Below the pieces are notes generated by a model. It saw only the letters and a program-made list of their open reading frames with translations, was not told the origin of the DNA and searched no databases. This document shows positions 44,574 to 55,029 of a stretch of DNA of 64,000 bases, piece after piece. Positions within the stretch are counted from its first letter, which is position 1. Each line of letters begins with the position of its first letter. The stretch is from a virus (lineage: Duplodnaviria; Caudoviricetes), in the IMG/VR virus record IMGVR_UViG_3300042366_000756, positions 1-64,000 of that record; one strand, 5' to 3'. The translations under genes and the position numbers were made by a program.

Positions 44574-45068
44574 ATGGTACATCTAACTCGCATTTATACG
44601 AAGACTGGTGATGATGGTCAGACATCAACTGCTACTAATGAAAGAATACATAAAGGCAGTGATCTGATTGAGGCAATTGGGGCGGTAGATGAAGCAAACT
44701 CTGCTATAGGTATGGCAACTGATTTTCATAATGACATTATAAATAGAATACAGAGCGATCTATTTGACCTAGGTGCAGAATTATCTGGTGCCCCAACAAT
44801 TGTAATATCAAAAGAAAGAATCACATACTTGGAAAATGTAATTGATGACTATAATGAATACCTAGAGCCATTGCATTCTTTTGTTCTGCCTACTGGCGCT
44901 ATGCACAATGCTAGAACTATTGTGAGAAGGGCAGAACGTCAGGTTTGGAAAATAGATGGTCTAAATCCAAATATTGCAAAATACCTAAACAGGCTTTCAG
45001 ATCTGCTCTTTGTAATGGCACGATATCATAATAAAGGTAACGAAAAGTTGTGGGTTCCCAAAAATTAA
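44574..45068 (+). CDS. pduO: ATP:cob(I)alamin adenosyltransferase, PduO type
   Basis: IYTKTGD.G.TS, GAVDEANSAIG, Q.DLFDLGAEL, F.LP.G, RTIVRRAER, YLNRLSD.LFV.AR. Confidence 0.92.
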   Translation: MVHLTRIYTKTGDDGQTSTATNERIHKGSDLIEAIGAVDEANSAIGMATDFHNDIINRIQSDLFDLGAELSGAPTIVISKERITYLENVIDDYNEYLEPLHSFVLPTGAMHNARTIVRRAERQVWKIDGLNPNIAKYLNRLSDLLFVMARYHNKGNEKLWVPKN

Positions 45069-45102
45069 TTTGATACTGCTATAATAAGAGGATAGGAGAA
45101 AT

Positions 45103-48100
45103 ATGGCCAACCCGTCTAATTTATATGCAGAAAAGATTTATTCTGAGCATCCGCTAGTTTTGTGGGCATTAGATGACAAACTTGATTATATAAGTTTGAT
45201 TTCTGAAGCACAACGCAATATTGCAACATTGTGGTCAAACTTTGCAGATGCAACACTTGCAGAATCCTTTGAAGATTTAAATCAGCCATTTCCCGATAGT
45301 CATTTAAGCAGAGTTAGGGTTAACGTTCCAGTATCAGAAGCACTTGAAGCATCAATTGTTAGTCCTAACATACTTAATTTTAATACTCTTGCAGATCTTG
45401 GAACATTTACTATTGGATCATATTTTTATTCAAATAGTATATTTTCACAAAATATATCAATAGGTTATGAATACACAGATCCAGCCACATCAACTATAGT
45501 TCAAAATTTAAAAACTTTTGCTAACGTGCCTTATCAAAAATGGGGTTTTATTTCTGAAACTTTTGAAATTCCAAATGTTTCTGCACAACTAAGACTTGTA
45601 CTTAAAGTTAAAATTTTTGAAGGATCAACAACATCAACAGAAAACGAATTTTATTTTAATGGTATTACTTTAGGACAGTGGAACGAAGAATTTAATACAT
45701 ATTCTTTAGATGGAACAACCCAAACAACCGTTCCATCAACAGTTAGCATTTATGGTGGATATGATGCAGTAGAGGCACAGGCATATGGAGTTGCAGAGGA
45801 TTCTGGATATTATATTACAGAGGGTGGACTAAAATGTAAAAATTCTGGCATTCCTTTGGTTTTTGGAGCAAGTGGGGTAACAAGGTTAGAGCCAAGTATA
45901 GATGCTTCTTTAATTATTCCAGGTAAAGGATTTTTAAATAAAAAAGGGCAATACAACGATTACACTGTTGAGTTTTGGGCAAGACTAGCAGTAAACACAT
46001 CCACACCATTTAAAATTTTTGGACCTATTTCATCTGATGATGGGTTATATGTTGAAGATGGATTTTTAACATTAGTAATCGGAGATCAATTTGCATCTCA
46101 TTTTGTTGGTGAATGGTTTAGGCCAATGCTGATTCACATTCGTTTAATTAAAGATTCTGCCTCATTATTAATAAATGGAGAAGAAGTTCTTTCCCTGTCT
46201 TTAAATACAGAAAATCTTGTTTTACCAGATGAATTTGATAATTCAGGAGACAGTCAAGACTGGTTAGGGTTTTTTGCAAATCAGAACGTTTATCCATTTG
46301 AAATTGATTGTGTTGCTGTATATTCTTATCAGGTTCCAGTTACAGTTGCAAAGCGTAGATGGGTATATGGTCAGGGAGTTGCTTCTTCAGAAGGAATTAG
46401 TGCTTCTTATGGTGGAACTACCGCATTTATAGATTATCCATTTGCAAATTATACTGCAAACTATCATTATCCAGATTTTGCAAATTGGAATCAAGGAAGT
46501 TTTGATAATTTACTAACTACTCAGACAACATTAAGAACACCAGAATATTCTTTACCAGAAATATTTTTAGGCACAAAAACATTACAAGAACTATATGATG
46601 ATAACAAAGATGTTCAAGATAACGAATCTGGACCAGTCGTTGCCGATAAATTTTTGTCTTTTAGGCCTAACAATACTTGGAACTCTGTTGAGTCATATAT
46701 TAATTTTTCAAGATTTAATTTATTACCAAGTGAGGTTGAAAGTTGCTATGGAGTATTTAGTACTCACAATTTAGCGTCAGACGAGATATTGTTTAAAATA
46801 TATAACCCTTTAAACAATAACTATTTTACAATTCTTAAAGACGGAAATTTAATTAAATACTCTTTAACCTATAATGGAACTACAGAATTATTATTTACTT
46901 CTAGTGCAGTAACTGCTAATAGTCTTTTTGCAGTTGGATTTAATATAAAACTATTATCAGAAAAATTTGGAAATAGCGTAAGTTCATTTTTTGGAAATCA
47001 AAGTTCATTAAAAATGTATGTGGCTGGAGATAACTCTGGAGATTATACTTTTACAGGAAGACTTTATTCTATTGGGTTAAACACAACATTAAATTCTGGA
47101 AAAATAGCAGATTATATTGATACAAATGGTTTTATTGAATTAGACAAAGGCCAACAATTAGTAGATCACACAGCCAGTTATACATTGCTTCCATCGCAAG
47201 CATATGAAAAATATTTCCTAGATATCGGTGTTTCAGGTTATTGGGAAGACTATTTACCGCTTTCTTATTTTGCTAAATTTGTAAAGAATAGCAATAATGA
47301 AGATTTTTACGAAATAGATTTTTTACAGTTTAACTTAGGATATCCAACAACGACTACTTTACAACAAGAGTCTGGGGCGCTTTCTTATTACTACAATACA
47401 GAAGGAGCACAAATAAAAAGTTATGTTACATTTCAATATCTTGCAGAAGGTGCAAACATTCCCACATCTTTTGCTAACGAAGAACCACCAGGAGAGTATA
47501 ATGTCCTTGACTTAAACAATTACGAAAACTGGAAAACAACAAGATTTGAAATTTTAAATAACACGTTAATTTACCCAGTTAAAAATATAGATTTTAATGA
47601 AGTTGCAATTGTTTATAGTCTTGAGTTTAATAGTCGTGGCATTTTAACTAAACCAGTATTATTAAATAAATTACAGTTGGCATCTCAGGCATTTAATGAC
47701 AACTCTTTTAATCCAGTAGGCACAAGGTCTGGAGTAGATCTATTTCCATATAAAAAGAATGGTATTTATTTTGATTACAAATCTAAAAATCCTTTTAGCA
47801 TATATAAAGAAAGCACTCCCTATTTATACTTAACAAAAAACTCTGGAATAGAGATTCGTGGCGAACTAAATATATTAGAAAATCGTGGACTTTCTTTACC
47901 AATCAATAAAGAATTAGCAACATTTTATAAAGTTAATGCAATCCAACTATGGCTTAGATATGATAAAGAAAATTTTCCAGCAACAGCAACAGAACTTTTT
48001 GAGGTTAATCATAAAGATGGAAGTCTTAAGTTTTACATACAAGGAAATAGTCAAGATTTAAATAGGGGTAAGATTTTTGTTTTAAATGAAAGCGGTATCC

Positions 48101-48570
48101 CATACGATGGTGTTGCATTTTATTTAAATGGTATCTTAGTAAGAGAGCCAGTCTTATCACTAAAAGAATGGTCTTCCGTAGGCGTTTCATTTTTAACAGC
48201 CTTGAACTTTAATTCATATCTAGGAAACATTAATATTACTGGCCCAGCAATATTTAATAATATTTCATATTATCAGGCAACTGGCTTACAAGAAATAGAA
48301 AGCAGAACGGAGAGGCCATGGTTTAAGGTTTTGAGCGATGGAACGAGCACTCTAGACTGGCAGTTTTGGTTTAATAACTCTACCTGGGGTGGTATGTTAA
48401 TCTTAAACTCTTCATATTTTTATGGAACTAATCCAGCAAATATATATAAAACATACACAGGAACTAATAAAATAATAGTTGATGACCAAGAAGGTTTAAT
48501 CTATCAAGCAGAAAAAATAAAGTTATATACCAATGCAGAGTGGTCAACTACGGTCTCTATACCTTTATAG
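45103..48570 (+). CDS. Large virion structural protein with LamG/ConA-like domains
   Basis: YTVEFW, W...HI...LLINGE and W..VG...Y.NG jelly-roll patterns; position upstream of the portal. Confidence 0.55.
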   Translation: MANPSNLYAEKIYSEHPLVLWALDDKLDYISLISEAQRNIATLWSNFADATLAESFEDLNQPFPDSHLSRVRVNVPVSEALEASIVSPNILNFNTLADLGTFTIGSYFYSNSIFSQNISIGYEYTDPATSTIVQNLKTFANVPYQKWGFISETFEIPNVSAQLRLVLKVKIFEGSTTSTENEFYFNGITLGQWNEEFNTYSLDGTTQTTVPSTVSIYGGYDAVEAQAYGVAEDSGYYITEGGLKCKNSGIPLVFGASGVTRLEPSIDASLIIPGKGFLNKKGQYNDYTVEFWARLAVNTSTPFKIFGPISSDDGLYVEDGFLTLVIGDQFASHFVGEWFRPMLIHIRLIKDSASLLINGEEVLSLSLNTENLVLPDEFDNSGDSQDWLGFFANQNVYPFEIDCVAVYSYQVPVTVAKRRWVYGQGVASSEGISASYGGTTAFIDYPFANYTANYHYPDFANWNQGSFDNLLTTQTTLRTPEYSLPEIFLGTKTLQELYDDNKDVQDNESGPVVADKFLSFRPNNTWNSVESYINFSRFNLLPSEVESCYGVFSTHNLASDEILFKIYNPLNNNYFTILKDGNLIKYSLTYNGTTELLFTSSAVTANSLFAVGFNIKLLSEKFGNSVSSFFGNQSSLKMYVAGDNSGDYTFTGRLYSIGLNTTLNSGKIADYIDTNGFIELDKGQQLVDHTASYTLLPSQAYEKYFLDIGVSGYWEDYLPLSYFAKFVKNSNNEDFYEIDFLQFNLGYPTTTTLQQESGALSYYYNTEGAQIKSYVTFQYLAEGANIPTSFANEEPPGEYNVLDLNNYENWKTTRFEILNNTLIYPVKNIDFNEVAIVYSLEFNSRGILTKPVLLNKLQLASQAFNDNSFNPVGTRSGVDLFPYKKNGIYFDYKSKNPFSIYKESTPYLYLTKNSGIEIRGELNILENRGLSLPINKELATFYKVNAIQLWLRYDKENFPATATELFEVNHKDGSLKFYIQGNSQDLNRGKIFVLNESGIPYDGVAFYLNGILVREPVLSLKEWSSVGVSFLTALNFNSYLGNINITGPAIFNNISYYQATGLQEIESRTERPWFKVLSDGTSTLDWQFWFNNSTWGGMLILNSSYFYGTNPANIYKTYTGTNKIIVDDQEGLIYQAEKIKLYTNAEWSTTVSIPL

Positions 48571-48582
48571 TCTGATATACTT

Positions 48583-48984
48583 ATGGTTATGGAATCATTA
48601 ATTAACCCAAAAACTGGTAAACCTTATGTTAAAAATGTACGTCGTCAGGTAATAGACAAGCACTATGACTGGGGTCTTTACGTATATAAGACATCTGCTG
48701 GTAAATGGTTTACAGACGATGAAGGCTCAGTTTTAAATATACCGTCTGATCGTGGAGATCTTACAAAAATTGCAGAGTTAAAAAAGGCTGCAATTCACTA
48801 CGGAGATGATGGACTTGGCAAGGCTGTGTTTGTTCCAGGGTTAACTCAAGTTAGTGAAGAAGAGTATTCAGAACAAAAAGCAAGATTAAAAGAAGGTTTA
48901 ATTCCTTCAATGAATGATTTAGGTGCTTGGCATGCAGCACAACAAACATTAGAAAAGCATGGAAGAGGGGCTATGGATGAGTGA
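48583..48984 (+). CDS. Hypothetical protein upstream of the portal
   Basis: ORF track. Confidence 0.7.
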   Translation: MVMESLINPKTGKPYVKNVRRQVIDKHYDWGLYVYKTSAGKWFTDDEGSVLNIPSDRGDLTKIAELKKAAIHYGDDGLGKAVFVPGLTQVSEEEYSEQKARLKEGLIPSMNDLGAWHAAQQTLEKHGRGAMDE

Positions 48985-50581
48985 CGAAGAATATATCCGT
49001 GCAAGTATTAATACACAGGAAAGAGAAGATAATGCTTTTAAATCACACGATCCATTTAATAAAAGTTGGGACGTTTTAAAAGATTACGTTGGACTTGATC
49101 AAAACTTTCGTCGCAGAACAACTCGCAACTTAACAAAATATGCTGCTCCTGAATTTAATGAAAGATATTTAGATGCAGCAAACGCAACCCCATCTGGAAC
49201 AAATGCGGGATCAAAACAAATCAATCCTGGCACGGTATATAGAAATGGCTATGGACTATTTGACGTAATTACCCCTCCATATAACATGTATGAATTAGCC
49301 AACTTTTATGACACATCATTTGCCAATCATGCTGCTATTGATGCTAAAGTAGAAAACATTGTCGGTCTTGGATATCGTTTTGATGTTTCAGATAGAACAT
49401 TGTTAAAGTTTCAAATGAACGAAGATGCAGATGCAGTAGACCGTGCTCGTAATCGTATTGAAAGAGCAAAAATTCAATTACGTGATTGGTTAGAAAACTT
49501 AAATGATGACGATAGTTTTACAAAAACAATGGAAAAAGTTTACACAGACCTTCAAGCAACAGGTAATGGATTTATTGAAGTAGGAAGAACAACTGCTGGA
49601 GAAATTGGATATGTTGGACATATTCCAGCAACTACTGTTCGTATACGAAGACTACGTGATGGATTTGTTCAAATTATTGGTCAAAAAGTGGTTTATTTTA
49701 GAAACTTTGGAGCAAAAAATGCAAACCCTTTGGGCACAGACCCAAGACCTAATGAAATTATTCATTTAAAAGAATATTCACCCCTAAACACATTCTATGG
49801 TATTCCAGATATTATTGCAGCAATGCCATCTCTTATTGGAGATCAACTTGCGTCTCAATACAACATTGACTACTTTGAAAATAAGGCTGTTCCAAGATAT
49901 GTTGTAACATTAAAGGGCGCAAAACTATCAGGTGACGCTGAAGATAAAATGTTTAGATTTTTACAAACTGGACTTAAGGCTCAGTCACACAGAACTCTTT
50001 ATATCCCACTTCCTGGAGACACAGAAGGCAATAAGGTTGAGTTTAAAATGGAGCCAATTGAAAACGGCATTCAAGACGGTTCATTTAAAGAATATCGTAA
50101 ACAAAATCGTGATGACATTCTAATTGCTCATCAAGTGCCTATCTCAAAACTAGGTGGCGCAGATTCTGCAGGCATTGCAGCAGCACTTTCTCAAGATCGT
50201 ACATTTAAAGAGCAGGTATCTCGTCCAGCACAAAGACATTTAGAAAAAGTTGTAAACAAGATTATTAGAGAAAAGACAGATATTCTTGAACTTAGGTTTA
50301 ATGAACTAACCTTAACTGATGAAATCGCACAGTCTCAAATTCTTGAAAGATATGTAAAGACTCAGGTTATGACTCCAAATGAGGCTCGTGAAAAGTTAGA
50401 CTTGCCACAAAGAGCAGATGGGGACGAACCTTTTGTTATGTCTCCAAGACAAGCAACTGATGCTAGAGCAAATTTATCGGGGGATCGTCAGAGAGATTCA
50501 GAAAGAACAAATAATAATTCTGATTCATCAACCACAATATCTGGACGTAATGCACAAGGTGAAGGTAGATCATCTCAATAG
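48977..50581 (+). CDS. Portal protein
   Basis: HIPA.T.R, NEIIH.K.YSP.NT.YG.PD, YFEN.AVP, H.VP..K.G, MTPNEARE.L.LP. Confidence 0.9.
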   Translation: MSDEEYIRASINTQEREDNAFKSHDPFNKSWDVLKDYVGLDQNFRRRTTRNLTKYAAPEFNERYLDAANATPSGTNAGSKQINPGTVYRNGYGLFDVITPPYNMYELANFYDTSFANHAAIDAKVENIVGLGYRFDVSDRTLLKFQMNEDADAVDRARNRIERAKIQLRDWLENLNDDDSFTKTMEKVYTDLQATGNGFIEVGRTTAGEIGYVGHIPATTVRIRRLRDGFVQIIGQKVVYFRNFGAKNANPLGTDPRPNEIIHLKEYSPLNTFYGIPDIIAAMPSLIGDQLASQYNIDYFENKAVPRYVVTLKGAKLSGDAEDKMFRFLQTGLKAQSHRTLYIPLPGDTEGNKVEFKMEPIENGIQDGSFKEYRKQNRDDILIAHQVPISKLGGADSAGIAAALSQDRTFKEQVSRPAQRHLEKVVNKIIREKTDILELRFNELTLTDEIAQSQILERYVKTQVMTPNEAREKLDLPQRADGDEPFVMSPRQATDARANLSGDRQRDSERTNNNSDSSTTISGRNAQGEGRSSQ

Positions 50582-50621
50582 TTGAGAAATTCCTTTAAAG
50601 CGGTGCTATAATTATAACGTT

Positions 50622-51953
50622 ATGTTAATAAATAAGGCTCATTGGGAAACTACAGGTGACAGTGTTCGCCTTTCAATGCCCATTGGAAAAGTAGATGTTG
50701 AGCGCCGTATGGTCTCTGGTTTTGCAACCCTGGACAACGTTGATCGTCAAAACGACATTGTAACAACAGAATCTAGTATAAATGCTTTTAAGAATTTTCG
50801 TGGTAACCTTCGTGAAATGCATCAACCAAGTGCTGTTGGCAAAATTGTTTCTTTTAAAGAAGATAAGTATTTTGATCCAAGTACTAAAAAATTTTACAGC
50901 GGAGTTTATGTATCTGCATATGTTTCAAAAGGTGCACAAAATGCATGGGAAAAAGTTTTAGATGGAACCTATACTGGTTTTTCAATAGGTGGAAACATTA
51001 AAGAATGGGATGACGCTTACGACGAGAAAATAGATAAAACAATTCGTGTAATTAAAACTTACGAGTTGTCAGAACTTTCTCTTGTAGATAATCCAGCAAA
51101 TCAATTTGCAAACATAGTTTCTATTGAAAAAATTAATGGTCAAAACGTAGTTGATGGCTATCTATCAAAAACAGAAATTGAAAATGTATTTTGGGATTCA
51201 GAAAATGGTATTGTAATGGTATCTGATTCCGACTCTGCAACAAGTCCATTAAATGGTAATGCAATGCAGAACATTGGCTTTATAGAAAAAAATGATAAAG
51301 ATACTGAAAAACTAATAAAATTCTTAGTTGATAGTGCTAAAGGCATTAATACAATTAAGATTACTAAGGAGGTAGAACTAATGACAGAATCAACAAACGC
51401 AGTTTCAGAAACTGTAGTTGAAAATGCAGAGGTTGCTCCAGAGGCACAAGCAGCAGAGGTAGTAGCAGAAGCAACAGCAATTGTTGCAGAAGCAGTAGAA
51501 GCCCCTGCAATCGTTGAAGAAGCAGTAGCAGTTGAAGAACTTGCTCTTGCTAAATCAGATGATGTTAGTGCAGAATCTTCTGTTGCAAAAGCAGCAGTTG
51601 AAGTAGAGACTGCGTTGGAAAAATCCGTTGCAGATGTTAAAGAAGAAGTTGCTCAAGCAATTTCAGAAATTAATAAATCTCTTACTAATGCCTTTGGCGA
51701 TCTTGCTGCAACTATCAAATCTCTTAATGAGAAGGTAACAGCAGTAACAAAATCTCTTGAATCAGTAACATCTGATGTTAATGGAATCAAGAACAACTTT
51801 AACGAGTTTGGCAAGCGAGTAGATCTTGTAGAACAAGATACCGCTTTCCGTAAGTCTGGCGATCTAGGCGAGATCGTACAGGAATCACCACAAGTGATTC
51901 ATAAAACCCTATGGGGCGGTCGTTTCCTCACAAATGCCGACCTATTTAACTAA
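50622..51953 (+). CDS. Prohead protease fused to scaffold
   Basis: V.GFAT.DN.DRQ.DIV, NLREMHQ..AVG, GFSIGG, ELSLVD.PANQ; Ala/Glu-rich coiled-coil C-terminal half. Confidence 0.9.
   Translation: MLINKAHWETTGDSVRLSMPIGKVDVERRMVSGFATLDNVDRQNDIVTTESSINAFKNFRGNLREMHQPSAVGKIVSFKEDKYFDPSTKKFYSGVYVSAYVSKGAQNAWEKVLDGTYTGFSIGGNIKEWDDAYDEKIDKTIRVIKTYELSELSLVDNPANQFANIVSIEKINGQNVVDGYLSKTEIENVFWDSENGIVMVSDSDSATSPLNGNAMQNIGFIEKNDKDTEKLIKFLVDSAKGINTIKITKEVELMTESTNAVSETVVENAEVAPEAQAAEVVAEATAIVAEAVEAPAIVEEAVAVEELALAKSDDVSAESSVAKAAVEVETALEKSVADVKEEVAQAISEINKSLTNAFGDLAATIKSLNEKVTAVTKSLESVTSDVNGIKNNFNEFGKRVDLVEQDTAFRKSGDLGEIVQESPQVIHKTLWGGRFLTNADLFN
51381..51953 (+). CDS. Nested in-frame scaffold protein
   Basis: Internal AAGGAGGT SD 6 nt before ATG ACA GAA, at the protease/coiled-coil boundary. 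Confidence 0.65.
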   Translation: MTESTNAVSETVVENAEVAPEAQAAEVVAEATAIVAEAVEAPAIVEEAVAVEELALAKSDDVSAESSVAKAAVEVETALEKSVADVKEEVAQAISEINKSLTNAFGDLAATIKSLNEKVTAVTKSLESVTSDVNGIKNNFNEFGKRVDLVEQDTAFRKSGDLGEIVQESPQVIHKTLWGGRFLTNADLFN

Positions 51954-51982
51954 GGTAAAAAATCACTAGGAGGTGAAAAATA

Positions 51983-53128
51983 ATGTCGGAACAAAACACA
52001 AACATAGAAAAAAACTATCCAGGTTCAGGAGATGGCGCAGAGATTAACTCAGCGGGATCTTTAGTATCGGGTGGTGTTGGTAGTGCTACTGGTCTGAATG
52101 CTGCAGGAGGATCTGTAGGTTCACAACTTGGTAACACTGCTACTGCAGGATTCGGATCAACATCTGGAGCAAATGCAGTAAACCCAACAGGTACTGCAGG
52201 AGGTATTCTTGCACCTGAACAAGCACAACGCTTTATTGATTACGTATGGGATGCAACTGTCCTTGCTAAAGATGGCCGTCGTGTCACCATGAGAGCAAAC
52301 ACCATGGAAATTGAAAAAGTCAACGTCGGAGAGCGTGTAATTCGTGCAGCAGCACAAGGCTCACCAAACTACACAAACACTGGCGCTAGATTTACAAAGG
52401 TTGAACTAACAACAAAAAAGATTCGTCTTGATTGGGAAGTAGCAACTGAAGCACTTGAAGACAATATTGAAGGCGCTGCATTGGAAGATCGTCTAGTACG
52501 ATTAATGACCAACGCATTCGGTAACGATATTGAAGATCTTGCTATCAACGGTGATGGAGCAACAGGAGATTTCTTGTCCATCATGCCTGGTTTCGTAAAG
52601 CAAACTCGTGGAACAGTAGGAAATGCTGCTCACGAATATGCTGCAACAGTATCAGACAACAACTTTACCACATCAGTAATGCAAGGCTTGCTATTAGCAA
52701 TGCCTCGTAAGTACCGTGCACTTAAGAGCAATCTTAAGTTCTACGCAGGTACTGATGCTTTTGCTGGTATCGTTCGTAACAACGGTACACTAGCAGATGC
52801 TATCTCAGCAGCGTTCTCTGATCGCACTGGTAGCACACAAGGAAATCGTCAAGATTACTTGGATGGTGCTGCACAGACATTTGGTAATGCACGTGTAACT
52901 CGTGTACTAGGTGTAGATGTACTAGAAGTTCCTTACTACCCAGCAGGTTATGTTGATTTAACATTCCCTTCTAACCGTGTATGGGGCTTCCAGAGAGACA
53001 TCACTGTAAACCGTGAATACAAACCAAAGAAAGACACAATTGAATACACAGTATTCGTACGATTTGGTCTTGCTTGGGAAGAACTAGATGCAGTCGCTTA
53101 TGTTGACTCAGATAGTGCTGATTCCTAA
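51983..53128 (+). CDS. Major capsid protein (HK97 fold)
   Basis: GGILAPEQA..FID, ..ELTTKK.RL..E...EALEDNIEG, F..DIEDLAINGD; strong SD; position. Confidence 0.9.
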   Translation: MSEQNTNIEKNYPGSGDGAEINSAGSLVSGGVGSATGLNAAGGSVGSQLGNTATAGFGSTSGANAVNPTGTAGGILAPEQAQRFIDYVWDATVLAKDGRRVTMRANTMEIEKVNVGERVIRAAAQGSPNYTNTGARFTKVELTTKKIRLDWEVATEALEDNIEGAALEDRLVRLMTNAFGNDIEDLAINGDGATGDFLSIMPGFVKQTRGTVGNAAHEYAATVSDNNFTTSVMQGLLLAMPRKYRALKSNLKFYAGTDAFAGIVRNNGTLADAISAAFSDRTGSTQGNRQDYLDGAAQTFGNARVTRVLGVDVLEVPYYPAGYVDLTFPSNRVWGFQRDITVNREYKPKKDTIEYTVFVRFGLAWEELDAVAYVDSDSADS

Positions 53129-53147
53129 AATATAGTCATAACGTATT

Positions 53148-53180
53148 AGGGAGGGCGGCATAAAAACCGTCCTCCTTATT
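53148..53180 (+). terminator. Terminator after capsid gene
   Basis: GGAGGGCGG/CCGTCCTCC stem. Confidence 0.7.
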
Positions 53181-53204
53181 GTTATTCTAGTGGTATAATT
53201 ACAA

Positions 53205-53579
53205 ATGAACATGGGAGAAAAAATGAATTTAACAATGGATCAATTGAAAGATAAAACAGTTATGGCATTAAAAGCATATGCAAAGAAAAATAACATAGAA
53301 TTATTTGAATCAAATACAAAACTTGAAATTTTAGAAATTTTGGCTAGTTGGATTCCGCCAGAAATAACAGAAGAAACTGCAGAAAAAGCAGGTAAAGATA
53401 AAAATTTAACAAACAAAGTAGCCCTATATTCAGAGAGAAATATTCATATGGATGCTTTGGGAGCATTGAGCGTGGGGTATAACATAGTCTCAAAGGAGGC
53501 ATCGGAAAAGTGGCTTACTCACAGGTTAGTACGAATAGCACAACCTGAAGAAGTAGCATCTTATTACGCTAAAGTATAA
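53205..53579 (+). CDS. Rho-N/HeH-like head-associated protein
   Basis: L.DKTV..LKAYAKK.NI.....K.EIL.I helix-extension-helix pattern. Confidence 0.5.
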   Translation: MNMGEKMNLTMDQLKDKTVMALKAYAKKNNIELFESNTKLEILEILASWIPPEITEETAEKAGKDKNLTNKVALYSERNIHMDALGALSVGYNIVSKEASEKWLTHRLVRIAQPEEVASYYAKV

Positions 53580-54580
53580 TGTCAACAATTCTTCGTCTAC
53601 CACCATATCCTTTAACTGTTAAGTATACAGTTCCAGATGCCAATGCCAAGTATGTCATAGTCATTGAAGATGTCGCAGAGCAGTCAGAAATTGCTTCTTA
53701 TAGAACATCCAATGCCAGCAAGCAAGTTAGTTATACCTTAGATGATGATTTTATTAAATATGATAAATCGTATGCCCTGACAATTTATGAAGATTTGGAA
53801 GAAAGTGGCATGGTTGTAGCAGATCGTGGAGATATAGTTGTTGAAGACAATCTAGAAGTAAAGCGTCCATACGTAGACCCTACACTTTTAGCAGCAGCAA
53901 ACAATCAAACATCTGCAACAGAGATTGCTAAATATGTAGAGTATGAAAACTTAGCAAGAACAATTATTGACTCAATAACTGGCGGGTTTTACTATGAACG
54001 TGAATTCTTAGAAATTGTTGGGCAAGAAGTAGATTATATTCCACTTTGGAAAAAAGTTCATAAAATATTAAGAGTATACGAAAATACAGAACTAGTTTAT
54101 GACATATACAATCCAGACGGCCCAACAGTGGGAGATTACACATACGTAATTACTAAAGATAAAACCGCACTTACAAAAGACCCAACAGCATCAGAGGGTG
54201 CAATAAATAGAGCAGAACGACGACCATCAAGAATTCCAATCGGAACATCAGATTCTTTTTCACTTTTTGATACAGAAGACAGCGGAAATACTATGACCGT
54301 AACTCCTGGAGTAGCATTCCCAACTGGAATAGATCTTATACTATTGCTAGAAACTGGATATAAGGTAGTTCCCATTGATATTCAAGATGCTACAAAATTG
54401 TTAGTTGAAGATATTAGATGTGGAAAATTAGATTATTATAAGAGATATATTAAGAACTACAGCACTGATCAATTTAAAATTGAATACGATAAAAGAATGA
54501 TTGAGGGTACTGGAAATATTATTGTAGACAAAATTTTGTCTAAATATATTAATAATATTGTTCGTCCTGGAGTATTGTAA
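53579..54580 (+). CDS. Head-to-tail adaptor
   Basis: Position; E..ARTIIDS.TG, GY..VP.DI..AT..L. Confidence 0.7.
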   Translation: MSTILRLPPYPLTVKYTVPDANAKYVIVIEDVAEQSEIASYRTSNASKQVSYTLDDDFIKYDKSYALTIYEDLEESGMVVADRGDIVVEDNLEVKRPYVDPTLLAAANNQTSATEIAKYVEYENLARTIIDSITGGFYYEREFLEIVGQEVDYIPLWKKVHKILRVYENTELVYDIYNPDGPTVGDYTYVITKDKTALTKDPTASEGAINRAERRPSRIPIGTSDSFSLFDTEDSGNTMTVTPGVAFPTGIDLILLLETGYKVVPIDIQDATKLLVEDIRCGKLDYYKRYIKNYSTDQFKIEYDKRMIEGTGNIIVDKILSKYINNIVRPGVL

Positions 54581-55029
54581 TGGATGCATGCGAAGTTACA
54601 GACTTTATGTTTCCAATGAAGGCTGACATATATTTTCCAATTCTTGCACAAGGTGGATATGGCCAACCCACAAAAAATTGGGTATACGATAGAACAATTA
54701 CCTGTAATGCTACATCTGTAGGTGGGCTAGGATCAGAAGATGTTAAGCCAGACAGTTTTTTAAAATATGAAAATAAACTTATTGCAAGAACAAAAGACGA
54801 CCCAAGACTTTCTTCAAACAATGCAAATAACGCAACAACAAACATACTTATAACAAATATTAGAGATGCATCAGATACCACTATTTACAAAGAAACAGCG
54901 GGGGCAAGATCAGGCAAAGGAACAATTTATGAAGTAGCAACAGTTGAACCTTTTACTGGACCATTTGGATACACAGAATATTATAAGATGCTATGGCGTA
55001 GGGCTGAGAATCAGACTGTCGGTGATTAG
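54580..55029 (+). CDS. Head closure/stopper protein
   Basis: Position and size in the neck operon. Confidence 0.6.
   Translation: MDACEVTDFMFPMKADIYFPILAQGGYGQPTKNWVYDRTITCNATSVGGLGSEDVKPDSFLKYENKLIARTKDDPRLSSNNANNATTNILITNIRDASDTTIYKETAGARSGKGTIYEVATVEPFTGPFGYTEYYKMLWRRAENQTVGD

Noticed and set aside
45103-48984. Terminase genes upstream of the portal
   Set aside because: No Walker A/B or RNase H-like nuclease motifs in either ORF; the terminase must lie outside the window
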